A stretch of 64,000 bases of DNA from Octopus sinensis (lineage: Eukaryota), in NCBI RefSeq assembly GCF_006345805.1, contig NC_043012.1, positions 15,748,001 to 15,812,000 of the forward strand, read 5' to 3'. A program made the position numbers and the translations under genes. Of the stretch, positions 1 through 13,141 are shown piece after piece (position 1 is the stretch's first letter; each line of letters starts with the position of its first letter). Under the pieces are notes generated by a model that did no database searches, was not told the DNA's origin, and saw only the letters and a list, made by a program, of their open reading frames with translations.

Positions 1-4
1 AACA

Positions 5-170
5 ATGTTTTCAAATTTTGACACAAGCCCAGAAATTTTGGGGGAGGGGATAAGTAGATTACATCGAATCCAGTGTTCCACTGGTACTTATTTTATCGAT
101 CCCGAAAGGAGGAAAGACAAAGTCGGCGTCGTCGGAATTTGAACTCAAAACGTAGCGACGGACAAAATAC
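5..170 (-). mobile_element. tRNA-derived SINE, family B, older tail variant (B2), interrupted at its 5' side by a B1 copy
   Basis: Reverse complement carries the family-B core GAGTTCAAATTCC...GTCGACTTTG(C)CTTTCATCCTTTCGGGGTCGATAAA and the B2 tail ending GTGCCAAAATTTGAAA, shared with copies at 21.2, 22.5, 31.3, 31.5 and 49.8 kb. Confidence 0.8.
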
Positions 171-402
171 CTATTTCTTTACTACCCACAAGAGGCTAAA
201 CACAGAAGGGACAAACAAGGACAGACAAACGGATTAAGTCGATTACATCGACCCCAGTGCGTAACTGGTACTTATTTAATCGACCCCGAAAGGATGAAAG
301 GCAAAGTCGACCTTGGTGGAATTTGAACTCAGAACGTAGCGGCAGACGAAATACCGCTAAGCATTTCGCCTGGCGTGGTTACGACTTTGTCAGTTCGTTG
401 CC
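171..402 (-). mobile_element. SINE family B1, near full length
   Basis: Matches B1 copies elsewhere in the window: B-box GAGTTCAAATTCC, core, and tail GTGGGTAGTAAAGAAATAGG. Confidence 0.85.
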
Positions 403-744
403 CTTTTTCTTTTCTGCTAATAATTACGATTTCTTCTAACTTCTATAATAAAAGATAATAAATAACAAATGAACTAGTCTCTATGAAGATATTAAAATAG
501 GTGACACCAGAAATAGAATTTGCAGGTTAGTCTGAATTAGTCAAGAATATTTCACCAAATTACATACATACATTTATGCATGTATGTCTGCATGCATATA
601 TCTTTGGCCTGCAAGTGTTATTTTCTATCTGGAAATCAAAGGATATGACTACTATTCTTTTGATTACTTTACTTTTGAGACCTGGACATCAATGTTTTGA
701 AATTGCTCTGTTTCCCGTTACATTTCACACAGATTCAGCGCTGA

Positions 745-925
745 ATTGCTGAAACAGAAATATAGGTAATATTCGGCTCAGTACTATAGATTTGGTTGTC
801 ACTTGCTTGACTTCGACCACATGAGCATGTCCCTTAGTGGCTGACAGTATGTGCACCTCTGATCATGATCAGGAGTTGTGGGGCAGTATCATAGCAATGT
901 GTTGAGAGGGATTCTTTGAGGGTTT
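745..925 (+). repeat. Diverged fragment of the family C element
   Basis: GAGCATGTCCCTTAGTGGCTGAC...CATAGCAATGTGTTGAGAGG matches the internal part of the copies at 16.2, 16.9 and 27.2 kb. Confidence 0.7.
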
Positions 926-2221
926 AAATAAATGTAACAAAAAAGCAAAGTTTGAAGGAAATATTAGCCTTCATATTTCCTAGGGATAAGAAAATAGGAC
1001 ATAACAGTAGGAATCAATAGGAAATAACAAGGACAACATTTGTGCTACACTGTAAAATTAATAACAACTATATACAGCGAGTACAATTTCTATAGTTTGT
1101 TGTTCAGAACGAGTATCTACAGAGCTTAGTCAGCTTTAGCCAACAGTGACAGTGAAAAATACTGTAATGGAGAAACTTTCAGTAAACTCTGTAACGAAGG
1201 AAAATCTCTAGGAACTTTGAATTCTATGTGATAAGAAGTTTGCTTCCGAGCCACATGGCTCAGTGCCGTTTTTAAATTCTTAATAAAAACAAATAACACT
1301 GTGTAGCAATTGTTTTTTCTCTTTGGTCAGTAAGTGTTATTTCCTATCTAGAAATCAAAGGGAATGACTACTATTCCCTTCTACTACGTGACATCTTGGC
1401 GAGTATCTTTTATTGTTGGACCGGGCCAGCTAAAGTATTGTGAGTAGTTTTAGTAGAGAGAACTCCGAGGTTCCCACCACCCCTCCACTCCTTTCTTTTC
1501 CAGAAAAAAGTGGCTTGCGGCGGGTTTAGAGGTCAGATACATTGAATGCACTCGCACAAACCTATGCAAAAACATTGTTTCACACCGAGATGCGAACGGG
1601 TCCTTTACGAAATATTTACCTATTTTTAAGTCATTTTCATAAAAAAATATTTTTAGATATTCCAAAAATTTTTTGAAATAGTATTCATATGAAAATAATT
1701 TTAAAATGAAGTAAAATATTGTCTGTTTAAAAAAGCTAAGATATAAATACTTAGTGTACAAAAAACTTGTATTTTTGAAATTACATTCACTTAAAAATAT
1801 TTCTAAATGATTGAAAGATTGTGTTTAACAAAACCGAATGTAGAAACATTTACTGTAAAACCAACTCGTACTTTTTCGTTGACAAATTAAAGTCACTAAC
1901 ACTTTTTTACCCGGGTCGTGAAGTTTGTATTCAAAATACAGAAGAAATTGATCATAATGCATCTAATCGAAAGGTTAGAGTTTCTTCATTTTCAGGGTTA
2001 CGTTATTTTCGAAGTATTTTCTCATTATGCCCCGTTTTGGGTATTTATGAATACCCACCCGATATCGTAGGAATTCGTGGTCTGATTTATGCGAAACTTG
2101 TTTTAATCCGTTTGTATTCACATTTCAGGTGTACCTTAATTCATAGTATATTCCGATTATGCGCTAGTTTGGCTGTATCAAATGACAGACAAGCAAGCAA
2201 GCAAGCAATCAGACAGATTCA

Positions 2222-2252
<31 letters not shown>

Positions 2253-2395
2253 CAGCAGCAGTAGTAGTATATATACATACATTATATATATATATATATA
2301 TATACATACGTACATACATATATATAATATAAATAACATATATATATATCTTTCTTTGTTTGATTTGCATAATAGTGGTTTTGTCTCTAATTAAT

Positions 2396-2477
<82 letters not shown>

Positions 2478-2568
2478 GTATATACATATATATATATATA
2501 TACATATATACATACGTATATGTACATACTTACATCTATACATACATATATATATGTGTGTGTGTGTG

Positions 2569-2603
<35 letters not shown>

Positions 2604-2640
2604 TAATAAATAAATAAAACATATGCATATATACATATAT
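2222..2640. repeat. Compound microsatellite (TAG)n/(TA)n/(TG)n
   Basis: Direct inspection. It explains the Y/I/S-rich pseudo-ORFs here. Confidence 0.95.
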
Positions 2641-3155
2641 GTACGTACCTATTTTTATTTCGTTTGGCTTAACAGCCCTTCTTGTTTGTGTTACTGTTAT
2701 TCTCTGTCCTGTCTTTTACTGTTTATATTTTGTACTGTCGTTACTGTCCTGTTTTTGTTACCATTTTTACCCCTCCGCAAAAAAATCTCAAATTTTATTT
2801 AATTTGATTTTCGCGGGAAGGAAAATTTCATTGAAGTCATGTATCGCCTTGACCTTCGTAACGTGGAGTAGATGAAATTAAGGCGACTGAAGAAGGGGAA
2901 TTTTCCTTGTTTTGTATGTCCTGCACTCTATTTTTTCGCTGTTTTAAAAAAATGTCCATTTCCTTGGTTTTGTGTTTATGTTTTCGTTTCTCATTGTGTT
3001 CGACGTTTTTTGGTGTTCTGTACCCATATATGCATGTATATATACATGTAGAGGTAGGTACGTATATATATGTATGTATATATGCACATGTTTTATTTAT
3101 TTATTAATTTATTATATGACAGAACGCACGCATCCCTTTCTAAGTAAGATTGTTC

Positions 3156-3224
<69 letters not shown>

Positions 3225-3399
3225 TATGTGGGCACAGGACGTCACGAAACATGTACAACAAAAAAATACGAAGTATGAATACATGGAACATGAACTATTT
3301 TTTCGAACAACGAAAGACACAAATGGAAAACAAGACAAGTAACATAAAGAACGACCTTTCATCAGTTGTTGGCTGTTTTTCTACTCTCGTATTTCGATC

Positions 3400-3662
3400 A
3401 TTTAACAACATATGTATATATGCATGTATTTGTGTATGTGTGTGTGTGTGTGTTTGTGTTTGTCCCGGACCACTGCTTGACAAGTGCCGTTGGTTTGTTT
3501 ATGCCCTGTAGTCTAGGGGCTCAACAAAAGAGCCCTCATAAAATAAGTATCAGGCTCGAAAAAAAAAAAAGCAAGTAAGTACTGGAATCGATTTATTCGA
3601 CACAAAACCCGTGAAAATGGTGTCCCCGCATGGCTGCAGTCCAATGCTTAAAACAAAAGGTA
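3400..3662 (+). mobile_element. Diverged 3' half of SINE family A
   Basis: GCTTGACAAGTGCCGTTGGTTTGTTTATGCCC...GCATGGCTGCAGTC aligns to the family A 3' half. Confidence 0.6.
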
Positions 3663-4135
3663 AATGAGAAAAGACAATTGATTTCATAAGATTAAATCAT
3701 ATCCTAGTCTGAATGTTCTTATATAAACCAGCGTCTCAATTAATAGCAGTAATTATTACGCACTCTCTCTAGATTTTTAAACCTTTGAAGAAAAATCGTT
3801 GCCATCTTATTATATGAATTTCAAAACCTACACAAGAAAGATTCTATCATAAGTTTTGTCAGTGGACTGGAAGAGTCTTGATGAGCCCAGAAGATAGTTG
3901 AGGTCAAACTGTGAGAGCGTTGGTCTCGTTATTCATTCTGCACTGGAGTGTTGGATTGTTATTGTGCGAACGGTTATAATAAGAAAACCAGCTCTTGTTG
4001 GTTGTATTGATACTGCGATTTATTGTTACACACACACACACATCACATATTGTCACTGACGCGATAACAAGTTTAATGAACGTAATCACTGCATATATAT
4101 CATGAGTTTGTAATTACTGCATACTTTTTGATATA

Positions 4136-4462
4136 CAGTAATCTCTTGACTATCGCCGTTGTTACGTTCCAAAACCTCCTTACAGAAATAGTTAAAATCT
4201 AAAAAAATATAATACCTTTCGGCTGCAGAAACCCGCGATATACTGAGGAATCCGTGAAATAAATTTACATATATTAGCCAGAAAAAAAAAATATATGCAT
4301 ATATACATACGTATATGTACATATGAAATAATTAAAATCTAAAAAAATATAATACCTATCGGCTGCAGAAACCCGCGATATAATTTTACATATATTAGCC
4401 AGAAAACTCCGCGATGTACAGATTGCGCGATTGGTGAACTGCGATAAGGCGAGGAATTACTG
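4136..4462. mobile_element. Tigger/pogo-like non-autonomous DNA transposon (MITE)
   Basis: TA-flanked imperfect TIRs CAGTAATCTCTTGACTATCGC / CAGTAATTCCTCGCCTTATCGC, plus an internal tandem duplication (AAAATCTAAAAAAATATAATACC...GCAGAAACCCGCGATA, twice). Confidence 0.55.
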
Positions 4463-5278
4463 TACAAGGTAAAGAGGTATTTCGAAAGTTTAATTGATAA
4501 TTAGCGAGTAGGGGATTAATTAAGATGACACTTGTCTGGACTTTACTTTCTGTTGAAATATTTACCGAGTCAATTAATTAATCTGCTTCTTTTTATATAT
4601 TCAACCGTAAAACGTTTTTGTGGTGCCCCAGCATGGCTGCAGTCTAATTACTGGAACAAATAAAAGTTAAAACGTGAAAGTTAAAAGACGATAACACTCA
4701 CAGAGATAAACACAGAGAAAGAATTGTGTTTGTGTGTGTGTGGGTTGTTAGCGCGCGCGTGTACTTATGTGTAATAAATGTGATATATGCGTCTATGTGT
4801 ATCATCGCGTGCCTTCTTTCATTATGAGTCAGTCATTTCTTATCTAAATATTTTTTTCTATCTTATGACATCCTGACATCCAAACATTGTCCTAACGTAA
4901 TTTGATGTCTCTTGGGTGTTAAATTATGGCAGAGATCAAATTTTCCTTATTAATTGAATTGTTTAGTCAAGAAATGGAGACCCACCTAGTTAACACAGAG
5001 GTGACGGGGGGAGGGTTTCCTGGTGATAATAGTTTTAGACATAATTCCATAGTGCAACGCTACTGAGACATGGTTGTGCTTCACTTGAAAAAAAAAAAGA
5101 GAACACGAGCAACAACTACAACAAACAACGTACAAACACTATCAGTGGGAATGAAAAATACACAAGAATGAAAAACAAAATAACAAAATAATAATAAAAG
5201 CATTAGCAACAAACAGCGATAACAGAATGTCAGGAGCAAAGAGAAACATAAAAAAACTGACCAAAGAAAATATAATTG

Positions 5279-5437
5279 GCGCAGGCGTGGCTGTTGTAGT
5301 AAGGAGCTTGCTTTCCAATCACATGGTACCGGGTTCAGTCCCACTGCGTGGAATTTTGGGCAAGTGTGTCCTACCATAGCCTCGGTCCCACCAAAGCCTT
5401 GTGAGTAGATTTGGTAAACGGAAACTGAAAGAAGCCT

Positions 5438-5440
<3 letters not shown>
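5279..5440 (+). mobile_element. SINE family A, 5' half ending in (GT)n
   Basis: A-box-like GTGGCTGTTGTAGT, B-box GGTTCAGTCCC, and body CCAAAGCCTTGTGAGTAGATTTGGTAAACGGAAACTGAAAGAAGCC. Confidence 0.85.
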
Positions 5441-5482
<42 letters not shown>

Positions 5483-6046
5483 GGAAGATGGAGACGCATT
5501 GTGCAACAAAATGGTTCATATTTGGTTGATTAAAAATGTAATGGCAAATATTTATTGACCTTTTCCTTTCCTTTAAAAATTGGCACGAACGTTCCGGACA
5601 ACCCAATATTATAATTCGAATAATTGTTGATTCGAGCAAATGTTAATTCAGCCCGTTGTATTTTGTTAACTATTTTAGATAAATTGAATAAAATATAGAC
5701 CGTTCAACTCATTCAAACCCTGGTTGCTTAAAATAGAGGCTGCACAATTGATAATTATTGTGTGTAGATTGTTTTCTTTTAAACTTTGAGAAAAAAATGT
5801 GTGAAATATGACTTCAACACTCCATGACTCATTCATTTTCTTTTCAAGTGTCTGAAGAGGCAACTTTTGTTTATTTGACTCGTTTTTAAGAGCGGTTACC
5901 TATATAGTCTCGAAGATTATACTCGTTAATATAACACGAGCACACACGCAAATAGAATGACATACACAAACGCACACACATGTACGTATTATATATATAT
6001 ATATATATATATAATGACATGATATGGTATATATGTGCATATATAC

Positions 6047-6078
<32 letters not shown>

Positions 6079-6102
6079 AGAGAGAGGCATAACAGACATA
6101 CG

Positions 6103-6103
6103 A

Positions 6104-6181
<78 letters not shown>
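6103..6181. repeat. (ATCT)n microsatellite
   Basis: Direct inspection. Confidence 0.95.
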
Positions 6182-6184
<3 letters not shown>

Positions 6185-6479
6185 AAAGATTCCCTTCTGT
6201 CACGAATGACCATTGAATTACACCCAGGAAATTCACCTCTCAGGCACAAGTCCGGGCAAGGTTGCTTGTGGAAGACCAGCAGTCACCCATGCGTATCAGC
6301 CTCCTCTCTCTCCATGCCAGTGAAGTTGTTCAAAGGAAAAGCAAAGGTCGATATAGCTTGGCACAGCTGAGTGAACTGGAGCAACGTGAAATAAAGTGTC
6401 CTGCTCAGGCACACAACACAGCCCGGTCCGGGGATCGAGCTTACTACTTCACTTTCACTTCTGAGCCATGCACCTTCAC
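6185..6479 (-). mobile_element. tRNA-derived SINE, head/body type E with a distinct 3' tail
   Basis: Reverse complement GTGAAGGTGCATGGCTC...CTGAGCAGGACACTTTATTTCACGTTGCTCCAGTTCACTCAGCTG matches the copies at 26.4 and 35.1 kb. Confidence 0.7.
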
Positions 6480-6710
6480 TATAGGCCAATATTTTGATAT
6501 ATAATGTGTAAAAGAATGAAAGTATGGGTACCACATTATTCCTTTTATGCTCCCTCTTCCCCCTCTAGCTACTCTGGTTTGGTCAGCTCTCCTAGTTCAA
6601 CCTCAACTACCTCTTACTGATAAATAAGTCAAACTCGTATGCATCCAATAGAACTTCTCTCCAAAACACTTCTCAAATATTTTTGTCTCATTACCATATA
6701 TATATATATT

Positions 6711-6932
6711 ACTACCCACAAGGGGCTAAACATAGAGGGGACAAACAAGGGCAGACAAAGGGATTAAGTCGATTATATCGACCCCAGTGCGAAACTGGTG
6801 CTCATTTTATCGACTCCGAAAGAATGAAAGGCAAAGTCGACCTCGACTGAATTTGAACTCAGAACGTAATAACAGACGAAATGCCGCTAAGCATTTCACC
6901 CGGTGTGCTAACAATTCTGCCAGCTCACCTCC
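6711..6932 (-). mobile_element. SINE family B1
   Basis: Full head-core-tail match to the other B1 copies. Confidence 0.9.
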
Positions 6933-7084
6933 ATAAATCCACATTAAAATATTACTTATATAGCTGAACTATGTTGCTGCCACACAATAATTCAAGGTCA
7001 GTTGTACTAAAAGGAAAGCATATTGCCGAATGACACCATCACAGTACAAACACCAAATTCACACAACTGTTGTCTTGTCTCCCT

Positions 7085-7560
7085 TTTTTATCGATCCTCT
7101 TTTAACTAGCAAGCTACATAACCTCTCAGCTTAGGTTAAATCGATAAAGCTTTCTCTTCATTTCTTGCCACTTTTGCTGAGTTTCATTTCTTAAACCTGC
7201 CGAAGACACTCTGCTCAATCGTTTCTTCCAGGATGACATTATTTGAGTATTTCGTTTTTGGATTTGGTTTGCAAGATTCTTTATATGATTTCGTGTGTTG
7301 AAGCATATTCTGTTGTGTCTGGGGAGAGTCATTTTCTGTTTGTGTCTTATTTAACACACTTGCTTGAAAACAAAAGGGAACGCAGTGTAAATAACGGACA
7401 GACAGAGTCAAAACTATTGAAAAGGTTGCAAGACGCAACGAAAATTTTAGGAAAATGAAAATAAGAAATAAGTGGAAATTTTACCGGTGAGTGTGTTAAA
7501 TAATAAGGCACAAAAAGAAAATGACTCTCCCCAGGCACAACAGAATTATTTGAGTACTTT
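7085..7560. repeat. Unclassified repeat with an internal ~55 bp inverted duplication
   Basis: TCTGTTGTGTCTGGGGAGAGTCATTTTCTGTTTGTGTCTTATTTAACACAC (~7309-7360) is mirrored by GTGTGTTAAATAATAAGGCACAAAAAGAAAATGACTCTCCCCAGGCACAACAGA (~7490-7545). Confidence 0.6.
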
Positions 7561-8474
7561 AACGCAACTGATTTTCGTACCTTCTGATGACGTTCAAACG
7601 TTCAGACCAAACAAAGACAAGCGAAATACCATCCGTATATCAAATATATTTCTGACTATGTTTTAGACAGGTATTAAAATCGCCCTGAAATTATCTTTCC
7701 ACCCTTTTCTATATATATATCATGTGAGCATTAGTGAAAATATAACACACTTAAAAATCATTACAGCTAATTATGAGAAAGAGTATGTTTTGTTGACGAA
7801 ATCTAACAAGATATGTTCAGACTTGTCTACTGAAATTACTAAAACAATATAAATAATTAAATTTAATGTTGTCTCTTCCTCTCCGGATAACAATTTCTTA
7901 TTAGTTGTTTGCCGTTCACTTGATGCAGAAACATAACTATAACCTTAGAAATATATATAAATGCAAAATATTTATTTTCTCTCTCTGTGTCTCTCTTTCT
8001 ATCTATCCCTGCATCTATATAGTATAATTATCATACATAATACACTTCTGCCTGTCTGTATGTATGTCGTATGATAATTATGTTTGTATATATATATATA
8101 TATCAGGTGGTGCTATTAAGTTAGACATGGCCTGGACCAATCTTTTGTCGAAATATATCTAAGTTTATCTAAGTTTATATATATATATATTATATATATA
8201 TATATATATAATATATATATATATATACATAGTTATCGCCATACTAATATGACAGTCTTATAAATATAAGACTAAAGCTGTCGCTGGTTAGCTCCATGAG
8301 GCCACCGCCTCAAGCTAGCTATTTGACACACGAACCTGCGTCCATTAAAAACCTTCGAACAAGGGAGGTCAGCCGCTTCATATATATATATATATATACA
8401 TAAACACATGTATATATGTATATATGTATGCATGCATGCATGCATGAATGTATGTATGTATGCATGTATGTATG

Positions 8475-8505
<31 letters not shown>

Positions 8506-8824
8506 GTGTGTATGTTCTATTTATATCATAAAAAGATAAGACATAAACAATTCTCATTAGCCGCAAATCTTTGGTTTTAATTCCTACTCCTTTGAAAATC
8601 TTTCTATATATTATATATATATATTATATATATATATATTATATATATATAATTATGGCGCTAGCCTTTCCTTTGCATTCATTTCTTTCGCGTCTGCCTC
8701 TCTACTTCGCTCTTCTCTCGATGAACAGTAACGGATGCTTATTAACAGGATGCTGGATGAACTCTGAGAGAGGTTGAATGATGCTTTGACGTCACACCGG
8801 AAATCTTTGCATAAATAATAATGA

Positions 8825-8856
<32 letters not shown>

Positions 8857-9486
8857 ACTACTACTACTACTACTACTACTATTTTCTTTTGTGACCACGG
8901 TGGCCTCACACAAAAAAATACAATACACGTTTTACAAAAGAATTACAAAACGTGTTGAGACATACAAAAACAATGAACGAAGAGGTGCAAAAAACACAGT
9001 AGAAAACAAAAAAATATTAAAAATGTATGTTCGTTTAAAAACCAACGAGTACACATATAAAGTAATGAAAACCATCACTTAAGGATGATCAGGGCACCTC
9101 AAAATACGGACCAACTTCCTCTCCGGACGCTCTCCCTTTCTCCAGGTAGAATTAAAGGAATGCTCCTCTCTGATATGTACCAATACACTCCCTTGCATTC
9201 GCTCCTCGTCAAAATTAAGAGCAATACTTTCGTTCTATTAACAAATACCTAACGTCGTAATATCGTATATATCCACTTCCTAGCTGTGTACACCTTATAA
9301 AATTAAAAAAAAGGATAATTCTTGACCTCATTAACCCATTAACCCTCTAATCCAAATTACATCACGGATTTAGGTCACCATACTAAACTACTATACTAAG
9401 CACAAACCTGACAGAAAAATACATGATAGCTTCAATAACAACAACAAAACAAAGACAAAACAAAATAAACCCTCACATATATACAT

Positions 9487-9884
9487 AGGTGTAGGAGTGG
9501 CTGTGTGGTAAGTAGCTTGCTTACGAACCATGTGGTTCCGGGTTCAGTCCCACTGCGTGGCACCTTGGGCAAATGTCTTCTACCATAGCCTCGGGCTGAC
9601 CAAAGCCTTGTGAGTGGATTTGGTAGACGGAAACTGAAAGAAGCCCGTCGTATATATGTATGCGTGTATATGTTTGTGTGTCTGTGTTTGTCCCCCCAAC
9701 ATCGCTTGACAACCGATGCTGGTGTGTTTACGTCCTCGTAACTTAGCGGTTCGGCAAAAGAGACCGATAGAATAAGTACTAGGCTTACAAACAATAAGTC
9801 CTGGGGTCGATTTGCTTGACTAAAAGCGGTTCTCCAGCATGGCCACTGTCAACTGACTGAAACAAGTAAAAGAGTAAAAGAGTA
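9487..9884 (+). mobile_element. SINE family A, full length
   Basis: tRNA-like head (GGAGTGGCTGTGTGG; GGTTCAGTCCC), CCTTGGGCAA motif, central TA/TG microsatellite, and tail GAAACAAGTAAAAGAGTAAAAGAG. Confidence 0.92.
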
Positions 9885-9939
9885 TACCATTCTAACTGAC
9901 ATCGACATTCAGTAAAGCTTTCAACTCACTTTCTCACTC

Positions 9940-10600
9940 CCCATTCGCAGAAAATACTGAACCCCGTCTTAAGAAACGGCATGAAATGTTGTCTGTTAGG
10001 CTGTCAACTCTATTCAGTGTGCAAAACATTTTCATCATCTGGAAATTCCTACAAAGAGTACCACTAGAATCTCTCCTTACAGCTGCTCTTTTCAACCCAT
10101 ATCTAAAAGATCCATCTACACTCCCACAAAACGACGTGCAGACATCTTCAAATATTGTTGACATGAACATCCTTCCCCCATTCTCCAGACATTTCTGCTC
10201 AACTATTGTCATCCAACTTAAATCATCTAGAAACATGGTTCCACACAAAATATTCAAAATAGCATCTACTAAATTCACGGCCCCAACTTCTTACCACCAA
10301 CACCTATTTTTATTTGATGGAAGGATCGCTCCCACCAATCTATCCATAACACAAAACAATGCACTATACGTGATAACGAGTCATACATAGTCATACTACC
10401 AAGCCACCTATGCAACTAAATATATTCCCAAGATGAAAAGCTAATTGGATATGCAAAGGAGCAATGCGGTATTGCAACAACTTTCAAATATCACAATCCC
10501 TGTCAATGCACAAAATCCATCTGCAAATACTTAGACGCATAAATAACACTACAGAGCTCGATTAGAATGTCCTAAAAGACATTTTAATCATCTCAGACAC
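9940..10600 (+). pseudogene. Possible highly decayed Penelope-like ORF remnant
   Basis: Weak peptide resemblance across frames (LLNYCHPT, NMVPHKIFKI, NNALYVIT) to PLE RT thumb and GIY-YIG regions; not decisive. Confidence 0.25.
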
Positions 10601-10635
10601 ACGCAAACACACACACCACAATATACAAAGATAAA

Positions 10636-10703
<68 letters not shown>

Positions 10704-11629
10704 GCTGAACAGACTCCAAGCGCTGTACTGGGTTACTCGTCACCTGCAAGTGTAACTGTCATGCTCCGACTTAAACTTTTACCTGCTTCCCCTGTGTCCG
10801 GCCTAGGATCTATGGTGGCATTGGAATAGACTGGACAGCGGAGAAAGTAAATATGTTCAGACGGTAGCACTTCCCACCCTACATCACAGATTCTTTTCAA
10901 CATAGTGGAATGTACCGCTCGACAGACACATGTTATAAATGGGAAGATGAATCCTCATCATTCGGCCTCTACCTTTCAGCTTGAGCAAAGCTGATCTGAG
11001 GCTACAATAAATAAACTTGATCAAAGATTGATCTGGGATTACAATAAATAACATCTTCACATTGAAGAGGTATGTGATGGCTTAGTTGGAGAAATACGTT
11101 TCTATCTTCAACCCTTACAAATTCATCAATCATACATCTTTCATCAAACCTACCAAACGGGAGAAAACTGTCCATCCATCCTATTCAAACAAAAGTCTAT
11201 GGAGCCTTTTTAAGTGAATCGTCTTACAACTGGATCCTTTCTACCTTTGATCATGGCCCCAACCTTCTTACACGCAATAAAAAATATTTGACATGACCTC
11301 CACATATCACCAATACTTGAGTGAATGAGAACGCTTTCGTCACTCTCTGCCTGTTTCGAATTGGCACAACAGCTGGCACTTCCAACCGTTATTGCTGTTA
11401 GGAATAAACTCAATTTATTCCTAACAACAATGACAACCCAGCAGCACTCTGAGAACACACAGGACACCCTTCAAAGCCTCCACCTTCCACAGCAGTGGCT
11501 GTGTCTGACCTCTTGCTGAATGGTGCGCGCTAGCTATCTGATTGGTTATCACGGGGCCAATTGGAAATAACGCTTAGACGACATTTTGGCTATTATTCTC
11601 CCAGGTGCGCACACGTGCACACGCACACA

Positions 11630-11668
<39 letters not shown>

Positions 11669-11672
11669 AAAT

Positions 11673-11840
11673 TTATTCGAGACAAAACCACTATTTGCAA
11701 AACAAACAAGGAAAGACTTAATAATACATAAAATTTTAATAAATAGTCAAAAAATAGTCAAAGACTATTTATTAAAATTTTATGTATTAATTAAGTCTTT
11801 CCTTGTTTGTTTTGCAAAATAGTGGTTTTGTCTCGAATAA
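11673..11840. repeat. Fold-back element (~76 bp arms) between (TA)n tracts
   Basis: 11673-11748 is the near-perfect reverse complement of 11763-11840. A related single arm lies at ~2350-2390. Confidence 0.9.
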
Positions 11841-11927
11841 TATTTTATAATATTTTACTATAAAATCGATTAATCCTAAATCTGATTTTTTCCCTGTAAA
11901 TTTGGATTTATTCCCTAAATTTATTAT

Positions 11928-11960
<33 letters not shown>

Positions 11961-11971
11961 TTATATATATA

Positions 11972-12850
11972 TTTAATGTACTGATCCGTGATAGAAAATT
12001 CAACAAAAAAGTACTCTATCTGGTAAGAGATAAATATTATTGTTTAATGGTCACAATACACGTATTAAAGCGCTACTAATAGTTTCAAGTGTTGAGAGAA
12101 CTCAAGCATATTCTTCAAGCGCAAGCCACATATCATAACGAACTAAAAAATTGAATAAATAGAAGAAACGTGATGAAGCTGAGAAGGCAGTATATAGAAA
12201 ACGCAGACAGTAAACAACGGAAAATGAAAAGCGGAAAACGAAACTAAAATGCCAAAAGTCAAAAAGTGCTCTTCTCCTCAGGCCTTAAATGATAAGGCTG
12301 GAAAGATATCAAGTCAGTGAGGAATAAGCGAATTTTCCAATTCTTCAGAATATATTTATACATATGAATACAACCACTGAAAATTTCTGACCTGGAGTTC
12401 AATAGAGAGTTAAGGATCTTAGATCTGAACAGGATCTACTCTTTTTCAGTCAAACAAAGTCTACATTTATTTGATCCATTCACATAAGGTATGGATTTCT
12501 CAATTATTTTCGTTAGCTTTCAAAGTCCATATGTAGCTAGCCAACTCAGTAGCTTTACTTTTGTTCCTATGTCGGAAGGAGGCCATGTGATTGACAGGGA
12601 TTTTTAATTTTTCTTCACATAATCCAATATAGGTCTTCTTATTAGTTGTATTATTATTTAGGGTCGCAGTAACTTCTGCCTTATATATGACAGATTTAAT
12701 CTTTCATCATTGGTCTAGTGGACAGGACCCTGGGTTGTGACAGTTGAAGCTGGATTCAGGTTCTTGGTGTTGACCACATGCAATGATACTCTTCATATTT
12801 GGCCAGCGGCTATATGATAATTTCACAGAACACCTATTGAATATTTTCTT
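11972..12850 (-). mobile_element. Penelope-like element 3' region (GIY-YIG endonuclease remnant plus pseudo-LTR), inverted copy
   Basis: Minus-strand peptide remnants FNCHNPGSCPLD / SVIYKAEVTAT / KTYIGLCEE / SFRHRNKSKATELASYIWTLK. The segment is the reverse complement of 14750-15264 plus 15683-15780. Confidence 0.85.
12070..12122 (-). ncRNA. Degenerate minimal type I hammerhead ribozyme candidate in the PLE pseudo-LTR
   Basis: GCGC-TTGAAGA-[stem II TTGAG/CTCAA]-GAAACT att AGTA-GCGC. The core has C3->U and stem II is imperfect. Confidence 0.4.
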
Positions 12851-13141
12851 GTGTCTTTGAGTAGCTGCATATAGAAAACGCAGACAGTAAATAACGGGAA
12901 ATGAAAACCGAAAAACAAAACTAAAGTGTCAAAAAGTCAAAAAGTGCTATCCTCCTTAGGCCTTAAATAATAAGGCCGGAAGGATATCAAGTCAGTCAGG
13001 AAAAGGCTTACATCAACGATGTAAGAGTAAAACTATCATATGGGGCAGAAGTTACTGCAACCCTAAATAATAATATAAATGTTAAAAAGACCTATACTGG
13101 ATTATGTGAAGGAGAATTTAGCAATCGCTATGATAATCACA

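Noticed and set aside
257-439. Recurrent peptide MRNWYLFNRPRKDERQSRP... (also at 21063, 25105, 42035) as a gene family
   Set aside because: It is the antisense translation of SINE B copies.
2880-2925. CTGAAGAAGGGGAATTTTCCTT as a hammerhead
   Set aside because: The hairpin is not followed by GAAA or a stem III.
7575-7615. CTGATGACGTTCAAACGTT as a hammerhead
   Set aside because: There is no GAAA after a stem II and no stem I pairing.
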